Below, piece by piece: positions 55,288 to 56,553 of a DNA stretch of 56,553 nucleotides. Source of the stretch: Trypethelium eluteriae. Lineage: Eukaryota. The stretch lies in the NCBI GenBank assembly GCA_051942245.1, contig JAVECL010000090.1:1-56553 (forward strand), read 5' to 3'. Each line of letters begins with the position of its first letter. Position 1 is the first letter of the stretch. A program made the translations under genes and the position numbers. The notes under the pieces were generated by a model. That model searched no databases. It saw nothing but the letters and a program-made list of their open reading frames with translations, and was not told where the DNA came from.

Positions 55288-56178
55288 GAGGGGAGAGGAA
55301 AGAGTAAGGGGTCCGCACGGAGAAGGCAGCTACGCCATATGACATGACCACAATTGCTCTAGGACCGCATCCCTCAGACTGCTTGTGGGGAGGATGTTGT
55401 TTTTCCCTTGTCACTCGTTTGTCCATCATTTGTGGTGTTGGGATCTGTCTCTGCCTATTGGCTCTGCACATAATTTCTGGAGATTTTAGCGTTCTTTTCC
55501 TCATACTTTGATGATACCCGGATAGCGGATAACAGATTGATCCTTTGGGGACGACATGGGAAGTGAGGGAGTGGCTGAGCAGCCACGGAAGAAGATATTA
55601 GATTGGACATTACTCAGATTCATATCACTATTTCCTTTGTCAATGATTTGGATAAAGAGAGGTGAGGCTAAGGTGGAGACTAGCGGGTGTAACTATTCAT
55701 TTGCGCTATGAATAGACCATGCCTCTAATGTGCTTTTCAAGTCTTCCTTAATATCGTGACACGAAAGATATATTATAAGATGCCAGCTACATCTAACGCG
55801 ACAATACCAAGTATTGAGACGCCAGATCGCACCCTTATTCCCTTCCCTCTATCATTCCACACTCATCCGCAGTCCATCCAAACTACTTGGTTATTCCTTC
55901 TGCGGGTCTTGATTGAAGTTATCCATCGTACTCTTGAACAGTTCATTCTCCTGCCGCAGAACTCGCTTCCGCGAGACTGCTCTATTCTATATTACCCTGC
56001 TTCTTCGGCCGGTGCTATGGACCACTGTTAAGCTTGTCCCGGACGTCTCTCCACACAAAAGAACTCGTTCGCCACCTGCGTTCACTCATGACGACTGGCC
56101 AGTTCTAGCACGTCTTGCAACCGAATAACTGACAAGCCAGAGCCACCTCTTCGTAAAAACCCCATGTTCGTATCCACT

Positions 56179-56553
56179 TCACCCCGGAACCACAACCCCA
56201 AACCCGCCTCCCACCTCCTCTAGAAGCGCCCCCAATTCCGCCAATACTTCATCGTCCGCGCCTCCCGGCACTCTCCCCGCAACCGCCAACGCCTTCACTA
56301 CCAATGGATACAGCACGAGTAGATGCCTCTTTGTCGCCTTGATCCCAGCTCCACCTCCGCCCGCACTTGTCCCACCTCCCCCAACAGCAGAGTCTGGTAT
56401 CGCATCTGGATCAGACTCCAGGGCCTTCATCGCCCGCAACACGAAGAGCAGCTCCTGCCGCTGAGGTTCTGGCTGCGGCATGCGGCCACGGAGGGGTTGG
56501 TCGGCGATGTAGGCCTTAAGGGGGAGGGCGGCGCGGGCGAGGAGGTGGGGCGC
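56179..56553 (-). CDS. MON2: Mon2 (Ysl2) endosome/Golgi trafficking protein, C-terminal end only
   Basis: Frame from the window edge reads APHLLARAALPLKAYIADQPLRGRMPQP..RQELLFVL..KRHLLVLYPLVVKAL, recognised as the fungal Mon2 C-terminus. Confidence 0.8.
   Translation of the reverse strand, partial: APHLLARAALPLKAYIADQPLRGRMPQPEPQRQELLFVLRAMKALESDPDAIPDSAVGGGGTSAGGGGAGIKATKRHLLVLYPLVVKALAVAGRVPGGADDEVLAELGALLEEVGGGFGVVVPG

Noticed and set aside
55891..55990. Minus-strand peptide RKRVLRQENELFKSTMDNFNQDPQKE* downstream of MON2, a possible extra exon
   Set aside because: Short, preceded by an in-frame stop, and no convincing donor linkage
1..56553. Starship/transposon captain gene, CRISPR array, rRNA or tRNA genes
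   Set aside because: No tyrosine recombinase, transposase, RT, repeat-spacer array or structural RNA signature seen by eye

Overview
Genomic DNA of a filamentous ascomycete (Pezizomycotina-type genes with short GT-AG introns and CTRAC-like branch points). The left ~41 kb looks accessory/metabolic. It holds two Zn2Cys6 regulators paired with an aldo-keto reductase and an amidase, a small secreted 6-Cys protein, and the ruin of a polyketide (probably PKS-NRPS) cluster: an MFS pump with a nonsense codon, a ~200-bp ketosynthase relic and a frameshifted LovC-type trans-enoyl reductase. It also holds an MDR oxidoreductase, a C2H2 zinc-finger protein with a 120-bp-period repeat, an FAD monooxygenase, two PTH11-like membrane proteins, a SAM methyltransferase, a BTB protein, an allantoate-type permease and a purple acid phosphatase. 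The right ~15 kb is a housekeeping block: PGK1, SEM1, IML2, a giant coiled-coil protein and the 3' end of MON2. The most notable observations concern the giant gene. It has an 860-nt stretch with no ATG in any + frame that lies within a 290-codon open frame upstream of its first in-frame ATG (candidate non-AUG N-terminal extension). It also carries about five PAM2-like motifs ahead of a long coiled coil (Upa2-like architecture). Other highlights are the dead PKS cluster and a recurrent C-rich to G-rich sense-strand switch near the 3' ends of many genes. Exon boundaries were inferred by eye from splice signals and frame continuity; no database searches were run.
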